From contig OZ025666.1 of assembly GCA_964019335.1 (NCBI GenBank), positions 186,001 through 250,000 on the forward strand: a DNA stretch of 64,000 nt, written 5' to 3'. Both the position numbers and the translations under genes were made by a program. Source of the stretch: Diplonema japonicum. Its lineage: Eukaryota; Protista; Euglenozoa: Diplonemea. The notes under the pieces are model-generated. The model worked only from the letters and a program-made list of their open reading frames with translations. It was not told the origin of the DNA and did no database searches. Positions 18,822-31,474 of this stretch are shown here, one piece after another; the first letter of the stretch is position 1; each line of letters begins with the position of its first letter.

Positions 18822-21800
18822 ATGCAAGACGACTGCCAGTGGGACGAGGATGAAGAAGAGGAGGAGGAGGAAGATGAGAAGGCAAACACGGTGGTTCTGA
18901 ACAAAGACGGGGAAATCGAAAACGACAAAAAGCTAGCAACAGCACATGATGACAGCGATGAGGAGATCTGCATGAAGTGCGGCTTCTACACAGCGATGAC
19001 GGAGATCTGCTACACCACAAAACTTCCGCATAAACCACAGAAGGACGGCACCAAACCACCCAACCCAGTAGTTGAACAAAAGGAAGAAAAGGAAGAACTT
19101 GCAACAACCAAAGAAGACATCAAAGAGGAACACCCCGCAACCACACCATCTGAATCTGGAAAACAAGAAGCCAAACCAAACAGCGATGATGACAGCGATG
19201 AGGAGATCTGCATGAAGTGCGGCTTCTACACGGCGATGACGGAGATATGTTTCATTACAAAGCTTCCGCATAAACCCAAAGAAGAAGCAGAAGAAGGAGA
19301 GCCACCATCTCCACTTAAGGCAGAAACCCCGTCAAAACAAGAAAAGGAAGAAGACAGCGATGAGGAAATCTGCATGAAATGCGGCTTCTACACAGCGATG
19401 ACGGAAATCTGCTTCATCACGAAACTTCCGCATAAGATTGTGAAAACGCAACCCGAAGAAGCGCCAACGATGGAAGAAAGTGAAGACGACGAAGAAGAAG
19501 AAGAAGAAGAATGCCCGAAATGTGGATTCTCGTTAAGCATGGTGGCAACCTGCCCCGAGACACAGCTACCACATGTTGCCCAGAGCGAGAAAACATTAAA
19601 AGAAGCTGCTGAGATCTGCGAAAAACAACCCAGCGATGAAGAGGACGAGGATGAGGAAGAGGAAGAGGATTGTTCTGCTTGCGGCTTCTCAATAAGCATG
19701 TCTGCAACGTGTCCTGCAACATCTCTCCCTCACGTTTCAAAAACCGCACCGGCTGGCAAACAACAAGAAACAAACGACAAAAACCCTGCCGAGCCAGAAA
19801 TATGCTTCGCCTGCGGGGAGGGTATGGACGCCGTAGTGATGTGTCAGATGACAGGGCTGCCGCATAGAAAGCAAGATCAGGAGGAGGACGACGACGGTGG
19901 CGAAGACCTGGTGGTGGGCCCGTGGGAAAAACTTCGCAAAAGGGTTCCAAAAAGGGATCGGGATTGGAAACGAACGGTGGACAGAGACCCGAAAACAGAG
20001 TGGAAGGAGAAAATAAAAACGCAGATGGACAGGAAAGGCCTCCCACCGTTGGTGCCGCCGAAGGCGAAACAGGAAGCCCCTCCATCACCACCTCCTCCTG
20101 CGGCAACCTTTACCGACGAGGACATCGTCAGCATACCAAGCGAAGCGAACGAGAGCTTTCCCAACACGTTTAGTTTGTCGACGTGCAACCCTGTCGAGGA
20201 TGCTGACCCGTCCATTTCGGAGTTCAGTGAACTAGACTCCGTGCCGATTCCTGACATATTCCCATCGTTACTGCAACTCCCCCCGCCTGCTTCGCCTACT
20301 GACTGTTCTCGAGAAGAGCCGGAACCGCACGATACTCCTGAGGATGTGTTTGTCTCGCGTCTCCCACGGCGGTCCCTGTCGCCCATCCCAACACTCACAC
20401 CAGTCCCTCGCCCGCCCCTCACCCCCGAGACAGATGCTGTCGACTACCACGACCTCATGGACAAGGCCACCGACGTCCGCGATGCTTGTTCTGTTGTCCT
20501 GGCCTCCTTGGAAGACTCGCCCAACCACTACGCTTCTTCATCCCCGCAGCCTATATTCTATATCGAGCCTGGTTCCTTAGTCAGAAAAGCCGCGATGGAA
20601 TGGTTGCTGGACGTCAAATGCGTTTCAAAAGGCGACTCCTACAGCGAGTCCACACACAACAGCTCCGACGATAAGCCTGTCGAGGCTGAGGAGGCAACCC
20701 ACGACACTGCCGAAGAGGAGGAGGGGGAGGTGGAGGACAAAGAAGAGGAACCGGCTTCTCCCGAACCGGCACTCCCCGTGTCACGGCCGTCACCTTGGGT
20801 GGACCTGTCGAAGCTGCTTGTGAATGTTTGTTATGACGGCGGAGCGCAGGAGCGTGAGGCATCGTACAGCAGAAGAGAGGAGCTTGTCGCTGTTATTGCA
20901 GACGGTAAGAAAGAAGAAATAGAGCTGGAAGATGAGGAACCAGAGGAGACACAAGTACCCGAGTCTAAAAAACCGGAGCCAGAACCTGAGCTTGAACCTG
21001 AACCAAAACCCATCTCTGAGGAAGTTAAAGAAGAGCCCACCCCGCCGCCCTCACCGAAGTTGCCTTGTGATGCGTGTGTTGGGACTTCGCCTATAGAGGT
21101 AGTGTTGACGGACGCAACTGCGACTCCTGAGACGTCTTCAGTTGTCCTTGAGGCACCAGATGAGCACGTAGCGCAGCCTGCTGCTCTTGTCCTCGGTTCT
21201 TACGGATATCTCGCAACAGCAGGGTTCGAGGCACCAAACGTGTCGGGACACCCCACCGCAAGTCCACCCATGCAGCCGTACCTCCCACCGTCAGCACCGT
21301 CGGCACATGCGACGTGGGACTACATGCCTGTACGCGTACAGCACTATACTGACCCTCCTCTCCTTGACCCCCCTGCCTCTCGGCGCCTTCCCTCATCCAG
21401 CGTTTTGGAGATGACGTCCATCCCCATCCCCAAGACATCCCCTGCCCCCGCAAGCTTTGCTGTTACGCTGAACGAGAGAGCATGCAAGGAAACTGAAACC
21501 ATGCAGTACTTACCGATACAAAATAGGCCCGTTGAAGTCAGCCGCCCATCCCCGCCGCTTGCTGATGTCGACGAATCTGTATGGAAGTACGAAACGATAC
21601 CTATGACTCCAGCTGGTGGGCACGTGCAACAGACACAGTCGTCTCCTGTGCATGTCGAGGAAAATGAGGTTGAAAAGGTCAGCGCAGTCTCGCCGGTGCC
21701 TGCTGTGGGGTACGATGTGATGCCCTCGCCGCGCAGGGTGGACACGGTAACACCAGCAGGTTCTCATGCATCGATGCAGGTTCAGCCCACATCAGCGGGG

Positions 21801-24311
21801 TATGTCTCGTCTGCCCCCACGCACAGCCCTTTAGGAACATGCAGCGCCGCCTCGTCCCTACCGTGTTTAGCACCCAAGCAGAGCCCTTCTCAAGCCCTAC
21901 CATTCGTACTTCCTTCTCTACCATGCGTAGTTCCTCCGAAGCGGGCTTCTGCACCGCGGAGCGAGGAAACAAAGAGTGAACCACACAGCGAGGAGAATAC
22001 AAAGACCGAAATAAGTTGCTTGCCTTCAGAAAAAAAAACTGACGAGAATGGGATGGTCTGGGACACGGAGGAGGAAGAGGTGTGGGTTGATGGCAGCTGT
22101 GTCACGGCATCCGAGAAGGGTGACGAGGTTAAGCAGAACGAAGAGCAAGAGGTCCCTTCCCCATCTGCTATCAAGCGTGACGACAACTTTGGGTCCTTCA
22201 GCTTCAACGCGACGTTCGAAACCACTGTGGATACCCCGACAGGCGAGTCTGAAGAGGCGCCTTTCGCAGCACCAGAAACCCGCATGGAAGCACAAAGCAT
22301 CGAAAGCAAGAACATCGAAAAGGAAAGTACCGCCTCGCCCGCAGCTGAAGACGATGAGATCTGCATGAAATGCGGCTTCTACACAGCGATGACGGAGATC
22401 TGCTTCATCACGAAACTGCCACACAAGCAGAGCGCACTGCCCGTTCCTATCGAAGCACGGCCCTTACAAGAAGGAGGTGAACCTGAACTTTCTACAGTGC
22501 AGTCTGAGCATGAAGAGAGCCAGACCTCGAAAGATATAACGACGGCGGATAAGGTTGATCAGGAAAGCTTGACGAACAGCGTCCGTGAAGAAGCACCTGA
22601 GCAGGCTTTCTGGCAAGAAGACGAAGATAAAAAAGATGGAGAGCCTGCCTGCGGTTATTCAATAAACGTGACAGAGACTTGCCCTGAAACATCTCTCCCA
22701 CATAAGGCCAGTGCGACGCACAGCAATGGGGATGATGTGAAGAAAACCGCATCTATTGGAACGCAGGACAGCTCTGTGACTGGAGCAGACGGGCCGGAGC
22801 AGAAAGAAGAACCCTCGCCCTCTGTTGCAGCTGACGATCACGAAGATGAGATCTGCATGAAGTGCGGCTTCTACACAGCGATGACGGAGATCTGCTACAC
22901 CACAAAACTTCCGCACAAACCACAGAAGGACGATGCAGTTGAGTCGCCTGTGCAACAAAAGGAAGATACTAAAAAGGAACTGGCGATGACAGAGATCTGC
23001 AATACTGCAAAACTACCGCATGAAAGTAGCACGTCTGAACCACCCAACCCAGTAGATGAACAAAAGGAGGAAAAGGAAGAGCCTGCAACAACCAAGGAAG
23101 ACATCAAAGAGGAACACCCCGCAACCACACCATCTGAATCTGGAAAACAAGAAGCCAAACCAAACAGCGACGATGACAGCGATGAGGAGATCTGCATGAA
23201 GTGCGGCTTCTACACAGCGATGACGGAGATATGTTTCATTACAAAGCTTCCGCATAAACCCAAAGAAGAAGCAGAAGAAGGAGAGCCACCATCTCCACTT
23301 AAGGCAGAAACCCCGTCAAAACAAGAAAAGGAAGAAGACAGCGATGAGGAAATCTGCATGAAATGCGGCTTCTACACAGCGATGACGGAAATCTGCTTCA
23401 TCACGAAACTTCCGCATAAAGGTCAGGAAAACACGCCTGAATTACGTAAGTCAGCAGTTGAACAAAAGGAGGTTAAGGAGGACACGGTTGAGACTCCCGG
23501 GTCACTCGAAGAACCTGAAGCCGATTCGCCATCAGACAATGCCCACGAAGCAGAAAGCTCGAAGCAATCTAAGCCGGCATCAAAAAACCGCAAGCCAGAA
23601 TCCTCCGAGTTAAGTGAAAAGCAAAACCAAGATGCTCCTGAGGTGGCGGGGGAGGACACGGGTTTTGCTGTCGGCGACAGGGTGTCGGCGCACGGCCTCA
23701 CGAAGCACCCCCTGATCAACGGGACCACGGGGAGGGTCATTGGGTTTCAAGAAAGCAAGGATGCAACTCTGATACAGGTTGAGTTCCCTGCAGGGTGTGT
23801 TGCAGTGCGGGATGTCCACCTCATCACCGTTGACGTAAAGATGCAAGAAGAGAGACTGCAGATGAGAAGGCAAAGCAGCACGCCGCCTGTCCTGCCAGGG
23901 GTGACGCCTGGGCTGCGTAGGCAGAACATGGCACAGGCACCGGATGCAGGGATAAGCATTGCTGCAGCCATCAAGGAGTGGGAACGTTCTACTGTTAACA
24001 ACCCCGAACAGCCTGTCCAGAACAGCGAGGTAGAAGAAGCAGATGAAAGTGATGGAGACGACGACCCCTTGCTGCTGTTGAAGGTTCAGGCCTTGTCCGA
24101 AGCCCATGACGTACCGTGGACACTGGCCACAAAGCGGCAGGTCGCCAAGAAGCTTACACGTTTCCGAGCCACGATCCGAGCTGTCGCAGGCGGGTGGGCT
24201 GTGTGCAAACTTGCAGACGGCTTTGTGACCGGGAAAGGCATGTACTACACCATCGCCACCTCCGAACCCTCGATGCCGCCAGGGTACAAGATTATCTGCA
24301 GAAAGACAGAG
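18822..24311 (+). CDS. Large acidic protein with repeated C-x2-C-x9-C-x6-H modules and an SH3-like domain; probably exon 1 of a gene continuing at 24561
   Basis: 1830 codons up to the GTATGC donor at 24312. Repeat consensus EICMKCGFYTAMTEIC(Y/F)xTKLPH. Confidence 0.8.
19057..23419 (+). repeat. Near-identical ~380 bp intragenic duplication (about 19057-19434 and 23041-23419)
   Basis: Both copies encode PNPV.EQKEEKEE.ATTKEDIKEEHPATTPSESGKQEAKPNSDDDSDEEICMKC...KLPHK. Confidence 0.9.
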
Positions 24312-24560
24312 GTATGCTACCCACACCACCATGGCAATGATTATTTCCGAGAAGGAGTTACATGATCCATCAGCGGGAACACGTGGAGCGGCTTGCATGC
24401 GGTCACAGCACCACATCGCAATGCACTCCTTTGTATTCACCACTTGTATCATTGAATGATCACAAAAACACTTGATCTGAGCCTTTCTGTGCACGAGGGG
24501 GGTTCTTTTTTGATTTTTTTTTTTTTTTTTTTTTACTGCAATTCACCCCAAACACTACAG

Positions 24561-26627
24561 CCCGTGAAGGAGCTGAGCGTGACACCGTCTCCGACACCAC
24601 CGACCGCAGCTTTGCAGCCACGGACTAGGGCGGACTCAAGGAAGCGGTCTGTGTTCCGCGATAGGGGCCGTTCGGTGATGACGGCTACGGAGAACGAAGA
24701 GTCCATGTTCACAACGGGACGGCACGTCATTGCAGAGGGGTTGAAGAAGGCACCGCATATCAACAAGCAGAGGGGAAAGATCTTAGGAAAGCAGAAACAG
24801 CCAGGCGGTGAGATACTCATTCAAGTGGACTTCTCAGGGCAGTGCATGGCTGTGCGGGAGGCAAATCTGCGACCGGTGTGCTGCAACGAAATCTGCGGGA
24901 AGTTCCCCTCCACAAAGTGCGGGAAGTGCGGGCTGAACTACTGCAGCTCATGCACGTGCCCGTGCTCGATCGATCCAACGACACGTGCGGTGGACTGGGT
25001 GAAGGATGAGGCGTCGACCGTCTGCAGCGGATGCGGGAGCCTCTTCACGACTCTACGAAGGCGGCATCACTGCAGGGCATGCGGGCATCTGTTCTGTGCG
25101 TCCTGCGTGCGTACAAGACAGATCCTACCTGGCTTCGACACCCCACAAAAAGTCTGCCAGACCTGCACCGTGGACATCTCACCTACCTCAAATAACTGGC
25201 TGCCCGATTCCGAGGCCAACGAGTGTGGGCTGTGTTGGGGGATTTTCTCAAAGAAAAAGCGACGCCACCACTGCAGAGCGTGCGGGAAGATCTTCTGCGA
25301 TCCTTGCAGTTCCCAAAGAATGCGTGTGCAGGGGTACGTCATCCCGCAGAGGGTGTGCATACGATGCGCGGCGGCGAAGCAGGACCAAGAACAAGGCTTA
25401 CCCTTAAACAAACCCACAAGAGGCATTCCTGAAGGGTACGAAGGAGTAGAGGTGAGGGTGACGGTGCACGCGGCACTGCGCCTGCCCAGGGTGGAGTTCA
25501 AGTCCGCGTTGGACGTGTTTGTGAAGATGCGGTGCAAGACCAACAAGGACAAGTGGGTAGGGGATGAGGTTTCATGGCCTGTAGTCAGCGCACTAGAACC
25601 AGTCTACAACACAACCCGCCTGCTAAGGTGCACGATGGAGGAAGTTTCTACGGTGGAGTTCAGGCTGTGGGACAAAGGGATCGGACAGGACGAGTTCATC
25701 GGGGACGTGACAACCCCGCTGTCAACACTGACACCAGGGAAGCAGCTGCAGCTCCCCATACGCTGCAAAGCGAAGGGCGCTGTCCTCATCGTGAGTTTCC
25801 CCTCCGAGCCGCCAACCTTGAAGAACGTGATTCTTGTCCGCCACGGCCAATCCAGATGGAACGCTGCAAAGGCAGCTGGTGGCAAGGCTGGCGTTGTTGA
25901 TCGTCTTAAAGAAACGGACCACCCTCTCTCCGCCATGGGTAAGGACCAAGCTACCCAACTGTGCGTCAACATTGAGGATGCAATACGGGAGGACACTGAC
26001 GTAGGGAAGCTGTTGAAGGAAGTTGAAATTTGCTACGCAAGCCCGTTGACCCGAGCCGTACAGACAGCCCTCATAGGGGTGAACACCGTGACACGCAGCA
26101 CAAAGAAAAAACTGATTCTAACAAGATACGCAAGGGAAAAGCGAAACGTGGGCGGAAGAGACACAAATGGAGCGGTCAAGGGATCGAACATCACAAAGCG
26201 CGTGCAGCAAGAAACAGACAAATTGTACGAAGGTGTGGTGCCTAACACAATCGACTACGAGTCTGTGGAGCATTTCAGGGTGAACTTCAGGTGGTGGAAC
26301 GACAAGGCGGAGTCGAAGGAGGAGTTTCTCTATAGGCTTGCGGACCTGCTGAACCTTATACAGTGGTCACCTTACAAGGACATCATGATAGTGGGGCACT
26401 CTCACTGCTTCCGTGGGTTTGTGAACAGGTACATGTCGCCTTCTGCAACCCTGCCTCACGGCGTCACACACTCCGACTTGCAACACAAAAAACTTTGCAA
26501 CTGCGGTGCGATGCACATTGTCATGGATTTTTCCAAACCTACTCCTATTGAGTCCGTGTCGCTCATTCTCGGCACCACCCTTGTGGGCGGGAAGGCAAAG
26601 GTCACAGACAGCGATGACGAACAGTAG
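24561..26627 (+). CDS. SH3-like + 2x FYVE + C2 + histidine phosphatase (PGM family) region
   Basis: Two FYVE motifs WxxD...RRHHCRACG. C2-like VRVTVHAA...EFRLWDKG..DEFIG. Phosphatase motifs LVRHGQS, SPLTRAVQTA and VGHS. Confidence 0.85.
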   Translation, partial: PVKELSVTPSPTPPTAALQPRTRADSRKRSVFRDRGRSVMTATENEESMFTTGRHVIAEGLKKAPHINKQRGKILGKQKQPGGEILIQVDFSGQCMAVREANLRPVCCNEICGKFPSTKCGKCGLNYCSSCTCPCSIDPTTRAVDWVKDEASTVCSGCGSLFTTLRRRHHCRACGHLFCASCVRTRQILPGFDTPQKVCQTCTVDISPTSNNWLPDSEANECGLCWGIFSKKKRRHHCRACGKIFCDPCSSQRMRVQGYVIPQRVCIRCAAAKQDQEQGLPLNKPTRGIPEGYEGVEVRVTVHAALRLPRVEFKSALDVFVKMRCKTNKDKWVGDEVSWPVVSALEPVYNTTRLLRCTMEEVSTVEFRLWDKGIGQDEFIGDVTTPLSTLTPGKQLQLPIRCKAKGAVLIVSFPSEPPTLKNVILVRHGQSRWNAAKAAGGKAGVVDRLKETDHPLSAMGKDQATQLCVNIEDAIREDTDVGKLLKEVEICYASPLTRAVQTALIGVNTVTRSTKKKLILTRYAREKRNVGGRDTNGAVKGSNITKRVQQETDKLYEGVVPNTIDYESVEHFRVNFRWWNDKAESKEEFLYRLADLLNLIQWSPYKDIMIVGHSHCFRGFVNRYMSPSATLPHGVTHSDLQHKKLCNCGAMHIVMDFSKPTPIESVSLILGTTLVGGKAKVTDSDDEQ

Positions 26628-26894
26628 AGGGCATTGGGAGAGGGCTTAGGAATATACAGTGTTTTCCCCCTTTCCCCTTTCCCCTTTCCCCCCCTTCCAT
26701 ATCACCGCGTTTTTTTTTTTCTTTTATCCTCTGCCCCCCCCCCCCCCCCCCCCCGCGCTCTTACTTGTTGTCTTTTTTTTTATTTTGTTTTTTTAAACCA
26801 TCGTGTGCTCGCGGTACAATCGAACTAGGCTCAGAGGGGTGGTTCGGGAGGCGGGTTTTTTTTTTTTTTCTTTTTTTCCCCTCCCTCCTTTTAA

Positions 26895-28331
26895 ATGAGT
26901 GCCGCGCGTTTAATCGTGCCAAGCAATGCCCTCGACGGATGCACAAGCCCATGCATGTCAGCCATGACGCCCCCGTCCATCCCACTGAACTCGAGCCTGA
27001 ACGGCAGCATGAAGAGCCCTGACAACAGAACTCTCAGCGGCCGCGACTTCGTATGTGACAGCCTGTATCATGTATCTCGACACTTCTTCAGGTCGCTCGC
27101 AGCAACTCCTTCACGGAGCCACACCGTATGTCTCCACTATCGCTGCCGTCTCCGTCAGAACTGTTTCCGGACGACGGTGCCATGCAAGAGCTGGAGAGGA
27201 AAGACAGAGAATGGCTGCAATACAGGAGAGCACAACGGGTGAAGGAGGAATTGGTAACCATAAAAAAAAAAAAAAAAAAAAAAAAAAACCCTCTAGGAGG
27301 ATCTCCATGCGTACCAAGTTCGACTAGACGCAAGGAAGAAAACGGCGTACTTGGCACAGCACCCTCCAGTGCTGTCGAGTACAAGGCCGTTGATCAGCGA
27401 GCAGGATAGGAAGTCTTTCAGGATACTCGTTGGGATCGACAAGAAAAAAGCAAAGGAGCACGCTGCCGGGCTTGTGTACCACACCTATCAGAACAGCCAG
27501 AACGGGAACCAGATACACTTGTTCAATTGCTACACGAAGAACTCGTCGAAACGGCAGGAAGAGACCCTCGCGCACCTGGAAGCGATCAAGAAACAATTGC
27601 AAACATACAGCGACGGCACAAACGTCACCACCGCATCATCGCACGTGACAAAAGACAAGTGCGCAGCGATCATCGACTACAGCGTGAAGGAAAAAATCGA
27701 CTTAATCGTGTTGGGAATGAAACAGGAAGAGAAAGGTTTTTTCGCGAGAAAGGTCTCTCCAGGGGTTATCGATACACTCCCCGACGGGAAGGCTATCTTG
27801 TTGGTTCCCCCGCCCGACGAGACAACGATGAACCTCGCCATGAAGGATGTCAAGAGAAATATTATGTTTTGCTACGATGGAACGCCGCATTGCGAACGAG
27901 CTCTAACATATCTCGCGCACGTTCTCCGCCCGCAAGATGAGGTCACTGTGTGCAATGTAGTTACACCACCCCCGAAGCTTGTCGTTGTTGCTCAATCAGA
28001 CGACCATGCCTCTCTCCAACCGAATTCTTTTTACGATGCTGTCCTCTCGCAACGTGTTTCCTCCTCAGAAGCTCTCCTTGCCAAGGTCAAGGCCGAGCTT
28101 TCAAACACAATTGAAATCCCGGACGCCAACATCAAGACGGAGCTCCGCGTTCTCGAACCGGGGAAGCACGGCATCTCTGATATTATCCTGGAAATCGCTA
28201 AGAAGCTCAACTCATCTATGATTATTCTGGGGTCTCGTGGGATTGATGGCTGGCAGAAGGTCATGCAAGGTGCTGTCACGCAGCCCATCTTAGAAACTGC
28301 TACAAGGAGGTCAATCATGATCGTGAGGTGA
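26895..28331 (+). CDS. Tandem universal stress protein (USP) domain protein; introns 27051-27091 and 27254-27296
   Basis: Both introns are phase 0 and join three ORFs. Motifs ILVGID, DLIVLG, NIMFCYDGT and IILGSRG...GAVTQPIL. Confidence 0.8.
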
Positions 28332-28782
28332 AAGAAAAAAAAATTTTTTTTTGAACTCTTCGAATTCGTTAAGTGACAAAAGTTTTTTTTTTTTTTTTCT
28401 TTTTTTTTTCGCGTATTTGGGTCCCCCGGACGTAAAATAAATCGAAATTTTATTAGCCCGTCATTTTGCGATTTTCTGCTGTGACACTTAACGGATCCGA
28501 GGCGTAAAAAAAAAAAAAAAAATCCGGTTGCGTGGTAATATGCAACGGGAATTCGCCTTCTGTTTGTTCAACCTGTCTCCTTTCTTTTTTTTTTTTTTTT
28601 TTTTTAATTTACTTCCAAGAAATTAAAAAAAAAAAAGAGTGTGCTATTGGAAAACGAAACGGGGGGGATTTTCTTATTCTTTTTTTTTTTTTTATCTTCT
28701 CACTCAATTGGGATCAGCTTTCCGTGTACGTATGTAAGAAGGCCTCTTTTTTTTTTGTTTATCTGCTTCGAAGGAATCTGCC

Positions 28783-28832
<50 letters not shown>

Positions 28833-30460
28833 TATTTTTCTTCTTTGGCCTCAAATTTCTAAATGCATTCTGAAGCAAAGCTTAACATTAGCATTCTCTG
28901 CCTTTTGGTCTTCCACGCCCCCCCCCCCTTTTTTTTCGTTTTAAAGTTTAAATTAAGGGGGAAAAAAAGTGAACGGGAATGCTTCTTAGTTGCTATTTAG
29001 TACATGTGACGAGCTATTCCAGCTTCCCCCCCCCCTTTTTTTATTTTCTTCCAGTTGGGAGGGTTACATGTCTTCCCTCCCCCCATTCCATTGTTGTTCC
29101 ATACTTATTCTGTTGGTGGTACCTTTTATTTTATTTTTATTTTTTTTTATTATTTTTATTTCTTATTCCCCACGTGTATTAGCCAGTTAATGCCCCCCCC
29201 CCCCCCCCCCATTCCTTTAGAAGAGGGGGGAAAAAAAATACACCAGTTCAGCACAGTTTGCATACCTCATAGGGCTTTAAAAAAAAAAGAAACAAAAAAG
29301 AAATAAACCACTCGCGCAAAACAAGAGAAGTTCCCTCCTTTCCATTCAATAGGTTTCTCTCCTTTAAAAAAAAGGGGGGGTAAAATATGATGGGGAGGTG
29401 TGGAGGAAAGGGGGGGGAAAAAAAAAGCGAAAACTCAAATGGCTGATTAAGCCTTGGCAAAGCTATGAGTTTCTTTCCCCTTTTTTTTTATATTTGTATA
29501 TTTTGCATATTTTCTTTTAAAAATTCTTAAACGGCAAAAAAAAAAAGGCCATCCCTCCTCATATCTCCCAAAATTACTTTTTAAAATTTTTTCCTTTCTC
29601 TCTTTTTCCTTCTTTTTTTTAAGCTATGCTACGATAAAGGGAAAAAAGAAACCCCCCCCCCCCCCGCCACATTTTTTCTTTTTTTTCTTGTTCTTCCCAT
29701 TCGACCCCTTCCTTGTGCTGTCCTTGATTCTGCATGTCCGTGAAAAAAAAAGTTTTTTTTTTCTTCTTCCAGTCCCCTCCCCCCTCCCAACTTTTCTCTT
29801 ACAAGAAAGATATATATTCACTGCATTGCCCCTTGTTTCGGGGTGTTTTTTTTTTTTTTTTTTTTTTTTCTTCCACTATGAACACGATATGTAATTATTG
29901 ATGGGAAAACCAAAAAAAAAAAGAAAGTTTAAAAAAAAAAAAAAAAAAAAAAAAGAAACAAGTAGGCGGGTTCTCTTTTCTATTATTTTATTCGCACTTG
30001 ATTCAAGTTGGCTCCAGGAAGGGAGTATCACAAGACAGCCCCTTCCTCCCCTAAGGACGGTCCCCAAGTGGGATTTGCCCTTAAACTTCGCCACTTGAAG
30101 TCCACGCTTGCTTGGGCTTGCATCTTAATACTTAGTAAGAAACTAACGGAACTGGTAAGGCTGCGTGCGCCTTCAGAATGGGGGAAGAAAAATAAATAGA
30201 AGTGGCGGGCTGTGTTTCCCTCTTCATCTATGACCCCCCCCTTTTTTTTGCTTTCTCCATTCAAGAAATAGAAAAAAAAAATATAAAAAAAAAAGACTCC
30301 TGTCTTTGTTTTCTCGCTTTTTTTTTTGATGATTACATTTTTGATGGCACCCCGCTTCCTGTCTATCTTCCGGCCTCCCTGTCTTATTATGATAACCAAA
30401 AATCCAAATTAAACATAGCCGAGAGCAGAGATGTTGGCGAGACGAATAATATTTTGCGAG

Positions 30461-30505
<45 letters not shown>

Positions 30506-31474
30506 GGTGATGGGTCACTGCACTCCTCAAGAACCGTGTCGATAGGTTTCTCTAAGTTGTTTAAAAAAAAAAAAAAAGATTTAATAAAAAAAAAAATTAG
30601 TTGTTACAGTACCATTAGTATCCTAAAATCCGCCGCTTTTCAACCTTGCTTTCCTTGGAAAAGTATAAATGAATGTGGGTGGTACGGGAAAAAAAAAAGA
30701 AAAGTATTAACGCTAGGAGGCTCCAAAATAAATAATAATAAAAAAAACCTGTGAAAACGCGTGTTTGTATCTTTTCTTTCTTGCTTTGAACAGGGAAAAA
30801 AAAATTAAAAAGTATAAATCGTAGATATGAATATTGTTAAAAGATAGGGGAAAAAAAAAAGAAAAAAGAAGAAAAAAAAAAAAGAAAAAAAAAAAAAAAA
30901 CTAGTTTGGCGCTTCATTTGTTGTGCGCACGAGCGGGATTTTTACCTAATAAAATAGCTCATATCAACTAGTTTTTAGTCTCGACCATAGTATTGTTAAA
31001 AAAAAAAAAAGAAAAAAAAAAAAAAAGAAAAAAACGCTCATGCACTAATGGGGGGGTTTACCAAGCCTTTTACAGGAATCACGGTGCTCAAAATTCTTTT
31101 TTTTTCTCCAATATCATGTGCAAGCAGCACCGCGGCACGCCACCCTCGTGTGTGGATGTGGGAAGTTGTGAGGAGGGAGGGGGGGAGAAAAAAGTATTTC
31201 CCCCCCCCCCTCCCTCCCCCCTCTCCCCAATGTGTTTCTCAGCCCCTGCCTACCCTTTTTATTTTGCCTCTCTCCTTCATCTCTTATTCCACTACTCCTT
31301 CAGTCCCCCTGTTCCCTATTATTATTTTTTTTCCCCCCTTCTCCTCTTGGTGTTGTGGGGTGCGTTATCTCCCCCCCCCCCCCCCCCTCTTATTACGTGT
31401 TGTCCTTTTCTTTTCTTTTTTTCTTCCTTCTCGTTCTTCTAAATCCGAACAGTGCCATTCCCCGCAGCAAATGT

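Noticed and set aside
31232-31474. Hydrophobic N-terminal ORF extensions (also at 2680, 48077, 55554, 58646)
   Set aside because: These are translated polypyrimidine or homopolymer tracts upstream of the probable ATG, not signal peptides.
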